From positions 1 to 25,963 of the forward strand of contig JBBCAV010000312.1 of assembly GCA_051382305.1 (NCBI GenBank): a stretch of 25,963 bases of DNA, given 5' to 3'. This DNA comes from Bdellovibrionota bacterium FG-2 (lineage in GTDB: Bacteria > Bdellovibrionota > UBA1018). This document shows, one piece after another, positions 16,844 to 24,513 of this stretch; the stretch's first letter is position 1; the number at the start of each line of letters is the position of its first letter. Below the pieces are notes generated by a model. That model was given only the letters and a program-made list of their open reading frames with translations, was not told the DNA's origin and searched no databases. The translations under genes were made by a program, and so were the position numbers.

Positions 16844-18925
16844 GTGAATCAGCTTTTTGGCCGACTTGGAAAAAACTCAGATCTTTTGATGGCCGTAGGT
16901 ATTGTGGCGATCTTGGGTGTGATGGTGATCCCGATGCCGCGCTTCATGCTAGATATCCTACTTTCTTTTGCGATTGCGGGATCGATCTTGCTTCTTTTGA
17001 CGGCGGTTTATGCGCAGCGGGCGCTCGATTTCAGTATTTTCCCATCCGTTCTTTTGATTTCCACACTGTTTAGGCTTTCCCTAAACGTGGCCACGACTCG
17101 GGTGATCTTACTTCATGGCGCGGAGCAAGGGATTGCCGCCGCCGGAGACGTCATTCAATCTTTCGGTCAGTTTGTGGTGGGAGGAAATTACGCCGTCGGG
17201 ATCGTGGTCTTTATCATTTTGGTCATCATCAACTTTATCGTTATCACCAAGGGCGCAGGCCGCGTCGCTGAAGTGGCCGCGCGTTTCACCTTGGACGCTA
17301 TGCCCGGGAAGCAAATGTCCATTGATGCCGATTTGAACGCCGGCACGATTAACGAAGAAGAGGCCCGAAGAAGGCGTGCGGATATTTCGCGAGAAGCCGA
17401 CTTTTACGGGGCCATGGACGGGGCTTCGAAGTTTGTTCGAGGAGATGCAATTGCCGGGATTATGATCGTTCTGGTCAATATTATTGGCGGAATTATCATT
17501 GGAACACTTCAGAAAGGGATGGAAATCGGGCAGGCTGCGGAAGTTTTCACTCTTTTGACCATCGGGGATGGTCTGGTCACCCAGATTCCGGCCCTGATTA
17601 TTTCGACGGCGGCTGGTATGATTGTCACTCGCACTGCAACGAGTTCCAATTTTAGTGATGAGGTTTCTAAACAGCTGATCATGAAGCCCAAAGCGATGGG
17701 GGTGGCAGCGGGGATCATGGGTTTCTTAGCTTTGATCCCTGGGTTGCCCAAGATTCCGTTCCTTCTGCTTGCCTTGGGCTTTGGGAGTATCTCTTATAAG
17801 CTGATCGCGAAAGAAAAGCAGGTTGAAGATGACGAGCGGGTAAAGCATGAAAAGGAAAAACTAAGACCTACCCAAGAGAAGCTTGAAAACCTGCTTTCAG
17901 TTGATTTGCTAGAACTCGAAGTGGGTTATGGTTTGATCAGCATAGTCGATGCGGATCAGAATGGGGATCTACTGGAGAGAATTTCGAATATTCGAAAACA
18001 GTTTGCTTTAGACCTAGGTATCATTGTTCCTCCGTTACGCATTCGGGACAATTTGGAGCTTAAACCTGGAGACTATCAGGTGCTACTCAAGGGCGTGCAA
18101 ATTGGGTCTGGCGCCTTGATGGTGGGACATATGCTCGCCATGGATCCTGGAAACGTGAGTGATCCGGTGAGTGGCGTATCGACCAAAGAACCGGCATTTG
18201 GATTGGATGCGCTTTGGATTAGCCCACGGCAAAAAGACGATGCAACTTTTGCGGGGTATACGGTTGTGGATTTATCGACAGTGATCGCGACCCATTTGAC
18301 AGAGTTGATTCGGCAGCACGCTTGTGAGTTGTTAGGGCGACAAGAACTTCAGCTTTTACTGGATTCGTTTAAGGCGACCTCGCCTAAGGTGATTGAGGAT
18401 TTGATTCCAAATCTGCTTACCACCGGTTCGGTGTTGAAGGTCTGTCGTAATCTTTTGAAAGAAGGGGTTTCGATTCGTGATATGCGCACGATTCTCGAAG
18501 GTCTGGCGGACATGGCGCCCTACCAAAAAGATCCCGCTTTGCTTACTGAGCATGTGAGACAGTCTCTGGGGCGTACGATTACCAAGAAATTAGTGGGAGG
18601 AGATGGTCAAATCAATCTTCTTACGCTGGACAAGAATATAGAAGAGACGATTGCGGCAGGACTGATTCAGACAGATCAGGGGCAACAGCTGTCGCTTGAC
18701 CCTGAGTTTGTACGCGGCTTTATTCAGCAGCTCAACGCGCAGGCGCTGGAGCTGGCCAGCCAATCGAATCAGGCGATTATTCTTTGCTCGCCTTTGATCC
18801 GCTCGCATTTGAAAAACTTGATTGATAAATTTATTCCCAATGTTGTGGTTCTATCCCACAATGAGATTACTTCAAACGTAAACGTAAAAGCTGTAGGAAC
18901 GGTGAGGTTGGCTTATGCAAGTTAA
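16844..18925 (+). CDS. flhA: Flagellar export protein FlhA
   Basis: FHIPEP motif RVAEVAARFTLDAMPGKQMSIDADL and FYGAMDGASKFVRGDA; 693 aa. Confidence 0.98.
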   Translation: MNQLFGRLGKNSDLLMAVGIVAILGVMVIPMPRFMLDILLSFAIAGSILLLLTAVYAQRALDFSIFPSVLLISTLFRLSLNVATTRVILLHGAEQGIAAAGDVIQSFGQFVVGGNYAVGIVVFIILVIINFIVITKGAGRVAEVAARFTLDAMPGKQMSIDADLNAGTINEEEARRRRADISREADFYGAMDGASKFVRGDAIAGIMIVLVNIIGGIIIGTLQKGMEIGQAAEVFTLLTIGDGLVTQIPALIISTAAGMIVTRTATSSNFSDEVSKQLIMKPKAMGVAAGIMGFLALIPGLPKIPFLLLALGFGSISYKLIAKEKQVEDDERVKHEKEKLRPTQEKLENLLSVDLLELEVGYGLISIVDADQNGDLLERISNIRKQFALDLGIIVPPLRIRDNLELKPGDYQVLLKGVQIGSGALMVGHMLAMDPGNVSDPVSGVSTKEPAFGLDALWISPRQKDDATFAGYTVVDLSTVIATHLTELIRQHACELLGRQELQLLLDSFKATSPKVIEDLIPNLLTTGSVLKVCRNLLKEGVSIRDMRTILEGLADMAPYQKDPALLTEHVRQSLGRTITKKLVGGDGQINLLTLDKNIEETIAAGLIQTDQGQQLSLDPEFVRGFIQQLNAQALELASQSNQAIILCSPLIRSHLKNLIDKFIPNVVVLSHNEITSNVNVKAVGTVRLAYAS

Positions 18926-20432
18926 GAAATTTGAAGCTCCGACAATTCAAGAAGCCTTGGAGACAATCAAGCGTGAACTGGGCCCTGAGGCGATTATTTT
19001 GCACACGAGGAAAAATCGCAGAGGCTTTGGTTTGATGTCTAAGGCCTCTGTCGAGATTACGGCTGCGGTTTCGGATCGTTCGGCGCACAAAAAGAAGGTT
19101 GTCGAGAGCCGCTTGCCCGAGAAAAGCATTAATACGCTTAAAAAGATCCCCGCCGCACGTCAGGCTGAAATTTACGACAAATACATGGAAAAACAGATGG
19201 AGCGCGTCAATGCGACTCGTGATCGGGTTGAAGTGAGGGAGCGCCCCGAGCCTGTTGTTCGCACTGAGCGTCGGGCGGCGCCCGCTCCTTCTGCCTTTGT
19301 AGCCGAGGACGATAGCGACGGCCCTGTCTTTAGTAAGCCGATCTCTTCGGTTCGCTACGCTGATATTTCGGATGAGGGGCCGCGTTCAAGATCGGACCAC
19401 AAACAAGCGAAGCCAGGTGGACGCCCCTCTGCGCCGCGGATTGAAATGCCTCTTCCTGATGCGGTTTCAAATGGTGGAAAAGTCGAAGACGAACTCAAGA
19501 GCATGATGAAGATGATTGAAGAGCTTAAAGGTATGCAGGCGCAGTTTGGGGAGAGGTTGGAAGAGGGCGCGGCTCGGAGTTCTGATCTTGGAACTCAAAG
19601 CTTCTTGAGAAACCTTGCCGTTTCCGGAGCGGTGAATACGCCGGCGCTTCAGGATATATTTGAGCAACTTGTGATGAATGGCGTGGACAAACGTTATGCG
19701 CTTTCGCTTTTGAAAAAGGTGTCTTTTGATTTGGGTGAGGATCGCGCGCGCAACGCTGAGGCGGTTTTGGATCAGCTAGCAAATGAGATTATGTCCTCGA
19801 CAGAAGTGCTGTCCCCATTGGCGGGCTTGACGCCGGCGGGTGGGAAGGGGCCTGTGGTGATTGCTCTCTTAGGTCCAACAGGAGTCGGTAAAACTACCAC
19901 GGCTGCAAAGCTTGCCAGTGAGGCATTGCTTAAGCGGAATTTGAGCGTGGGTTTGATTAATTTGGATAGTTACAAGGTGGCTGCTTTTGATCAGCTTGGA
20001 ACCTATGCAAAGATTCTCAATGTGCCTTTTCGGTCGGCTGCGGGGCCGGAGGACTTTAAGGCTGCGATGAAGGATTTTCAAAGTCTTGATGTGGTGTTTG
20101 TGGATACGACGGGTCGTTCTCAGCGGGATCCCGACTCCTTACAACAAATGCAGAGTCTCTTGAGTGTAGTGCCCGGGATTCGTCCCCTATTGGTGCTTTC
20201 CGTAACGACGCGCGATGCGGAGTTGTACGATATGGCCACTCGATTTTCAGTATTTCGGCCACAGGGAATTGTAATGTCGAAGCTTGATGAGGCGACGATT
20301 TACGGGGCGATCTATAATGTTTCTCAAAAAGTGAAATTGCCGCTTTTATATTTTACGACGGGGCAAAGAGTACCTGAGGATATCGAGGAATCAACCCGGG
20401 AACGCGTGGCGGCTCTTATCTTGGATATCTAG
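18915..20432 (+). CDS. flhF: SRP-type GTPase FlhF
   Basis: N-terminal MQVKKFEAPTIQEAL...ELGPEAIIL; G1 GPTGVGKTTT, G2 DSYK, G3 DTTGRS, G4 SKLDE, and GQRVPED. Confidence 0.95.
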   Translation: MQVKKFEAPTIQEALETIKRELGPEAIILHTRKNRRGFGLMSKASVEITAAVSDRSAHKKKVVESRLPEKSINTLKKIPAARQAEIYDKYMEKQMERVNATRDRVEVRERPEPVVRTERRAAPAPSAFVAEDDSDGPVFSKPISSVRYADISDEGPRSRSDHKQAKPGGRPSAPRIEMPLPDAVSNGGKVEDELKSMMKMIEELKGMQAQFGERLEEGAARSSDLGTQSFLRNLAVSGAVNTPALQDIFEQLVMNGVDKRYALSLLKKVSFDLGEDRARNAEAVLDQLANEIMSSTEVLSPLAGLTPAGGKGPVVIALLGPTGVGKTTTAAKLASEALLKRNLSVGLINLDSYKVAAFDQLGTYAKILNVPFRSAAGPEDFKAAMKDFQSLDVVFVDTTGRSQRDPDSLQQMQSLLSVVPGIRPLLVLSVTTRDAELYDMATRFSVFRPQGIVMSKLDEATIYGAIYNVSQKVKLPLLYFTTGQRVPEDIEESTRERVAALILDI

Positions 20433-20447
20433 CACGAGGGGTGAGAA

Positions 20448-20834
20448 GTGAGAGATCAAGCGGATACTTTAAGAAGATTAATGGAAAATCGTGAGGCGCC
20501 CAGCGAAGCTAGCTTCGCGCATGCGAATCTTGTGGCAGCCCCCGTCCTGGTGATAACTCCGGAGCTCGAGTCCATCAGGCAGGGGATGAAGCTGCTGACT
20601 CGCCTCACTCAGGGTGAGCCTAGAGCAGAGGTGGGAGTCATCGTCAAAGATGTGACGGATGAGTACAGTGCGTCTCGCGTTTTTATGGCGTTTTTGAATC
20701 AGGCTGGAATTCAGGAAGGCGAAAACGTTCGATTGCTCGGATGTTTTATTCGTGAAGAAAATTCTTTGCCGGGCATGTTTCGGCGTGAAAATCTGTTAGA
20801 CTTAAATTGGAAAACATTTCTTTTGGTGAGGTAA
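20448..20834 (+). CDS. Reduced FlhG/FleN-like protein lacking the ATPase motifs
   Basis: Occupies the flhG slot between flhF and fliA and starts MRDQADTLRRLM (DQAxxLR motif). The rest resembles the C-terminal half of MinD/FlhG (VLVITPE..SI....KLL; VIV; LLG). There is no GKGGVGK. SD GAGGGG lies upstream of the GTG start. Confidence 0.7.
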   Translation: MRDQADTLRRLMENREAPSEASFAHANLVAAPVLVITPELESIRQGMKLLTRLTQGEPRAEVGVIVKDVTDEYSASRVFMAFLNQAGIQEGENVRLLGCFIREENSLPGMFRRENLLDLNWKTFLLVR

Positions 20835-20838
20835 AAGC

Positions 20839-21870
20839 ATGAAGCTTAAACAGGGTATCCAGAAGTATAAAGAATCAGAGAAGACGTCCAAGACGGGCGG
20901 GCGGGCAACGACAGGCATCGGGAAAAAATCTACCCCGCCACCTGTGCGTGGGCTTGCAGTTTTGCCCACTGCCAAAGTGGTCGTAGCTCCGCCGGAGCTT
21001 GACGCGGCTTCTGACGAGGTGATTGCGGCGGAACAGGCGGCGCGCGAAGAGGAGGCTCTGAAGAACGAAATTCAAGCGGAACTCGAAGCCGATGCCGTGC
21101 AGACCGAGAAACTCGTTAAGCCCGACGTTTCACCCGTGAACAGCACGCGCGAGAAGCTTGTCTTAGAGTATGCACCGTTAATTAAATATGTGGCTCAAAA
21201 AATAGCGGCGAGATTGCCTGCGAATATCGAGCTTGATGATTTAATGAGTTCTGGTGTGATTGGCTTGATGGACGCGATGGAAAAGTACGATGCTTCGCGA
21301 GATAACAAGTTTAAGACTTATGCGGAGTTTCGAATTCGCGGGGCAATATTAGATGAGCTTCGGGCCCAAGATTGGGTGCCCCGCTCGGTTCGGGAAAAGG
21401 CTAAAGTGCTCGAGCGCTGTTTCGGAAAGATCGAGCAGACCAAGGGGCGGCAGGCGACTGAAGATGAAGTGTGCGAGGAGCTGGGGGTTTCTCAAGAAGA
21501 GTATTACGAGTTACTGAACCAGGTTCGGAGTGTGTCGCTTCTGTCGTTTGATGATATTTCAAATTTTTCGAAAGCCGATAAGCGTACTTTGCATGGTTTT
21601 GGGGAGGGTGGCGCGAAAACGCCCACGCCTTTTAGTGAGGTTAATGTTGCGGCGACAAAGCGGGTGATTGCGGATGCGATTCGTGATTTGCCTGAAAAGC
21701 AGCGGCTTGTTCTATCTCTCTATTATTTTGAGGATCTTAATCTTAAGGAAATTGGGCGCGTTCTTGATGTAACCGAATCTCGGGTGAGTCAGTTGCATAC
21801 GCAGGCCATTATTCGACTAAAGTCCAAGCTCAGGCACAATTGGGATGAGTTTGTGACGTTAATGGCTTAA
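20839..21870 (+). CDS. fliA: Flagellar sigma factor (sigma28, FliA/WhiG) with N-terminal extension
   Basis: EYAPLIKYVA, DDLMSSGVIGL, FKTYAEFRIRGAILDELRAQDWVPRSVR, and region 4 LNLKEIGRVLDVTESRVSQLHTQA. Confidence 0.96.
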   Translation: MKLKQGIQKYKESEKTSKTGGRATTGIGKKSTPPPVRGLAVLPTAKVVVAPPELDAASDEVIAAEQAAREEEALKNEIQAELEADAVQTEKLVKPDVSPVNSTREKLVLEYAPLIKYVAQKIAARLPANIELDDLMSSGVIGLMDAMEKYDASRDNKFKTYAEFRIRGAILDELRAQDWVPRSVREKAKVLERCFGKIEQTKGRQATEDEVCEELGVSQEEYYELLNQVRSVSLLSFDDISNFSKADKRTLHGFGEGGAKTPTPFSEVNVAATKRVIADAIRDLPEKQRLVLSLYYFEDLNLKEIGRVLDVTESRVSQLHTQAIIRLKSKLRHNWDEFVTLMA

Positions 21871-21878
21871 GGGGTGGT

Positions 21879-22322
21879 TTAGGCTGCGCTTAAGGATTGT
21901 TCGCGCGTGACCTGTTCGACGAATTGTTTGACCGCCTCTTTTTCAGTGGCGGATTCAAACATGAATTGGATTCCTAATCGATAGGAGTAGCGTTGGTTCA
22001 CGGAGATGACGTGGCTGCCGGCATCGATTTCCATGCACCAGACGATTCGGCCTCGCAGATAGATTTGTCTGGGTTCTTCAAGCGTGATTGAGATCTCTTG
22101 GCCTACCATAATTGGGCGAGGCAGAAAAATGCCAAGTCCCGTGGGTGTTAGGTCATTTAGGATTACTCGCGCGGTCGTGATGTCTTCAAGGGGATTTGCT
22201 CGCTTGGTGACGACTTTAAATTGTGCCTCGACTCGTCTGATGTGAAATGGGAACGCCTTGCGCTCGGTTGTGCGCCGTTGCGGTTTTGCGGGGCTGGGGC
22301 CGTTAGAAGAGGCTTGCCACAT
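21879..22322 (-). CDS. PilZ-domain protein (putative c-di-GMP receptor)
   Basis: RTTER (RxxxR) and DLTPTG (variant of DxSxxG), then GRIVW...LGIQF. SD AGGAG lies at 22337-22333. Confidence 0.8.
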   Translation of the reverse strand: MWQASSNGPSPAKPQRRTTERKAFPFHIRRVEAQFKVVTKRANPLEDITTARVILNDLTPTGLGIFLPRPIMVGQEISITLEEPRQIYLRGRIVWCMEIDAGSHVISVNQRYSYRLGIQFMFESATEKEAVKQFVEQVTREQSLSAA

Positions 22323-22337
22323 TTACAGAGGTCTCCT

Positions 22338-22381
22338 ATAGATAATAAAAACTCTTAACAGTAACTATATTTATTATCTAT
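22338..22381. repeat. Perfect 12-bp inverted repeat with 20-bp spacer
   Basis: ATAGATAATAAA (22338-22349) and TTTATTATCTAT (22370-22381). Confidence 0.8.
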
Positions 22382-22401
22382 CAAAACACTCAGTTATTCA
22401 A
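22373..22401 (-). promoter_or_regulatory. Putative sigma70-type promoter of the PilZ gene
   Basis: On the minus strand: TTGAAT (22401-22396), 17-nt spacer, GATAAT (22378-22373), in an AT-rich intergenic region. Confidence 0.5.
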
Positions 22402-22449
22402 GGCTAATCTGGCGGAATAAAACCCTATGGTTTAGGTAAGTTACGGTGA

Positions 22450-23586
22450 CTATTCCCATTGTAACGCGACTTTAACGGCATACCGGCGATCTTCCATGCC
22501 GCCCGGATTGTAGGTCATTTCTTCGCCGTAGGATACCAAATCAAGGGTTAGAATCTTTAGATTTAACCCCAATCCTGCTGTCCAGTAGCCCTGATTGATG
22601 CCGAGTCGCGCGGCCAGTCTGCCGAAGTTCGTTTCGCCGCCGATGTGCAACAGGCGATAAAAGCTTCCCTCCGTGTTGTTTCCGATTTCGCGAATTTCAA
22701 AGGCGAATACTGTATCGGTGAGTTTCCACCAAGTCGCTTTGCGGGCAGCGCCCCCGAGTCCCATAGTGCGAGGTTGTTCGATGGGAAGGGTGTCGATCTT
22801 GAGGGGTTTGAAGCCTATGTTGGAGTATTTTCCGCCCAGCAAGTTGTTGAAGGTGATGGCGGGAGTGAATTCAAATTCCGCGGGCTTCCATGGCAAAATG
22901 TAGGTGCTGCCTAAATCAAAATCCAGCATCGCCCCTTCGCCGCCACTTTTTAGGGGTGAAATTGACGTTCCTTTGATGACATCAATGAAAGTGAAATTAG
23001 ATCGCGTGCCAAAGCGATACGTGAAGTGCGTTGTGAGTCCTACTGTCAGCTCTTTGTTTTCCATAAAGCTTCGGGCTACTGAAAACGCAGGGCCAATATC
23101 GGTGAGGGCAAAAGGATCGATTTCAAAGTTGCGCCGCAAGTCCAGGTCGATTTGGGTGCTGGATAACATGGCAAATCCGAAGGACATGCGCCCTTCGTCT
23201 TTTTCTGGTTTTTCGGGAAAATATATTGCGGGCATGGAGGTTTGGACGCGAAAGTGATTATTTTTTCCCGCGTATTGGCCCAAGTCCTCTACCTTGAAGT
23301 CTCCACTGGCGATAATTTTATCATAGGTATCTTTGAGGTTGGTATTGCCTTCGATCATGGGGTCAAAGAGCGTAAACCGAAACTTGGGGTTCTTGGCCGT
23401 CCGCGCAGGATTGCCGAAAAAGTTTTCTTCGTACAGACCCGTCGTGAGTAGCACGCCGCCCATTCCGGAGGATCGAATCCCCTGATAGGGGCGGACGATT
23501 TGCTCAAGAGCAAAAGCCGGGAGGGTTGCAAGTAGGTTTGAAAGCAGTAGGCAGGAAGCCAAAAGGACAATTGTAATTGTTTTCAT
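22450..23586 (-). CDS. Outer-membrane beta-barrel, TraF_2/FadL-like superfamily
   Basis: Signal peptide ending PAFA, N-terminal RSSGMGG...FFGNPA motif, alternating beta-strands, and C-terminal GINQGYWTAGLG...SYGEE...DRRY...LQWE. Confidence 0.7.
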   Translation of the reverse strand: MKTITIVLLASCLLLSNLLATLPAFALEQIVRPYQGIRSSGMGGVLLTTGLYEENFFGNPARTAKNPKFRFTLFDPMIEGNTNLKDTYDKIIASGDFKVEDLGQYAGKNNHFRVQTSMPAIYFPEKPEKDEGRMSFGFAMLSSTQIDLDLRRNFEIDPFALTDIGPAFSVARSFMENKELTVGLTTHFTYRFGTRSNFTFIDVIKGTSISPLKSGGEGAMLDFDLGSTYILPWKPAEFEFTPAITFNNLLGGKYSNIGFKPLKIDTLPIEQPRTMGLGGAARKATWWKLTDTVFAFEIREIGNNTEGSFYRLLHIGGETNFGRLAARLGINQGYWTAGLGLNLKILTLDLVSYGEEMTYNPGGMEDRRYAVKVALQWE

Positions 23587-23589
23587 GGC

Positions 23590-24468
23590 TCAACCTCCAA
23601 TCCCGTTGTTAACCAAGGCGTATCTAAAGCAGGGGGCATCTAAGGTGCCTGTTGGATCGGCAGGAATCGTCTGATCCAAATTATCCAAAATATCCGATGC
23701 AAATCCGCTGGAATTCTTTCCTAAGAGGCCACCCGAACTTAACTCGTCGTCAAGTGCGGTTGTAAGCTTGGTAAGAGTAGCGGCAATCATTCTTAGAGTG
23801 GGAGTTCCCGCAAGGTCCTCGGTGGTGAGGGAGTCGAGATCTGAAATCGCGGGGCCGGCCACAAGTTTTTTCCCGGCCGGCTTATCGCAAGCCGTGGCGA
23901 TTCCGTACAAAGAACCCGCACATGAGGTTGCCGTGGCGTTGCATGTTGCGAAGTTTGTAACCAAATCTGCGGTGGTAAGTTTTTCATCGACCCCGGCATC
24001 TTCGGCAAGAAGTTCAGAAATCAAAGCCGCCGCGGTGATAAATCGGATGAGACCTCGCAGTTCCTTGGTTCGAATATTATTGACGTTAAGATACGCTCCA
24101 AATATCGCTTGACGTGTGAGTACTCCTGCGGTGGGCGCTAGCGCGTTTGCAAGTTTCGTGATGGATCCGCCAACGGATCCGCCACCGAGTCCGAAGGCAC
24201 TTAAAAAGACCCCCATCGTGACGCCGGCTTGGTCGAGTTGTTGAAAGGCAAGTTCAGCGGCCGCGATTTCGTCGGTGGTTGCGATTTGCTTATAGAGGGT
24301 GGACGAGCATTCGTAGTCCCCTTTGTCGAAGCAGGCCCGCGCGGCCGAGGTGATTTGAGCGGTGCCACTTGGAGAGTCCAGGGGGTCAAACACGTTGCAG
24401 CTCGGGAGCGCTGCCATACCTACAATGATCAAGATAGAAATTTTCTTATTAATCCGCCAAGTCTCCAC
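23590..24468 (-). CDS. Hypothetical lipoprotein, helical and Cys-containing
   Basis: SD GGAGG 6 nt before the GTG; basic N-terminus, hydrophobic core and lipobox LPS-C24; six further Cys residues; a TPR-like helix pair near the N-terminus. Confidence 0.7.
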   Translation of the reverse strand: METWRINKKISILIIVGMAALPSCNVFDPLDSPSGTAQITSAARACFDKGDYECSSTLYKQIATTDEIAAAELAFQQLDQAGVTMGVFLSAFGLGGGSVGGSITKLANALAPTAGVLTRQAIFGAYLNVNNIRTKELRGLIRFITAAALISELLAEDAGVDEKLTTADLVTNFATCNATATSCAGSLYGIATACDKPAGKKLVAGPAISDLDSLTTEDLAGTPTLRMIAATLTKLTTALDDELSSGGLLGKNSSGFASDILDNLDQTIPADPTGTLDAPCFRYALVNNGIGG

Positions 24469-24513
24469 TACACACCTCCAGAATTTATGTTTTCTGGTAG
24501 CTTAGGGGAGGTG

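Noticed and set aside
22374-22435. Sigma28 promoter for the PilZ gene
   Set aside because: The best candidates (e.g. TGAA-N15-ATAGATAA) match TAAA-N15-GCCGATAA poorly, and a sigma70-type match fits better.
22450-23586. TraF-like barrel as evidence of a conjugative or mobile element
   Set aside because: There are no relaxase, T4SS, integrase genes or att repeats nearby, and this barrel family is commonly chromosomal.
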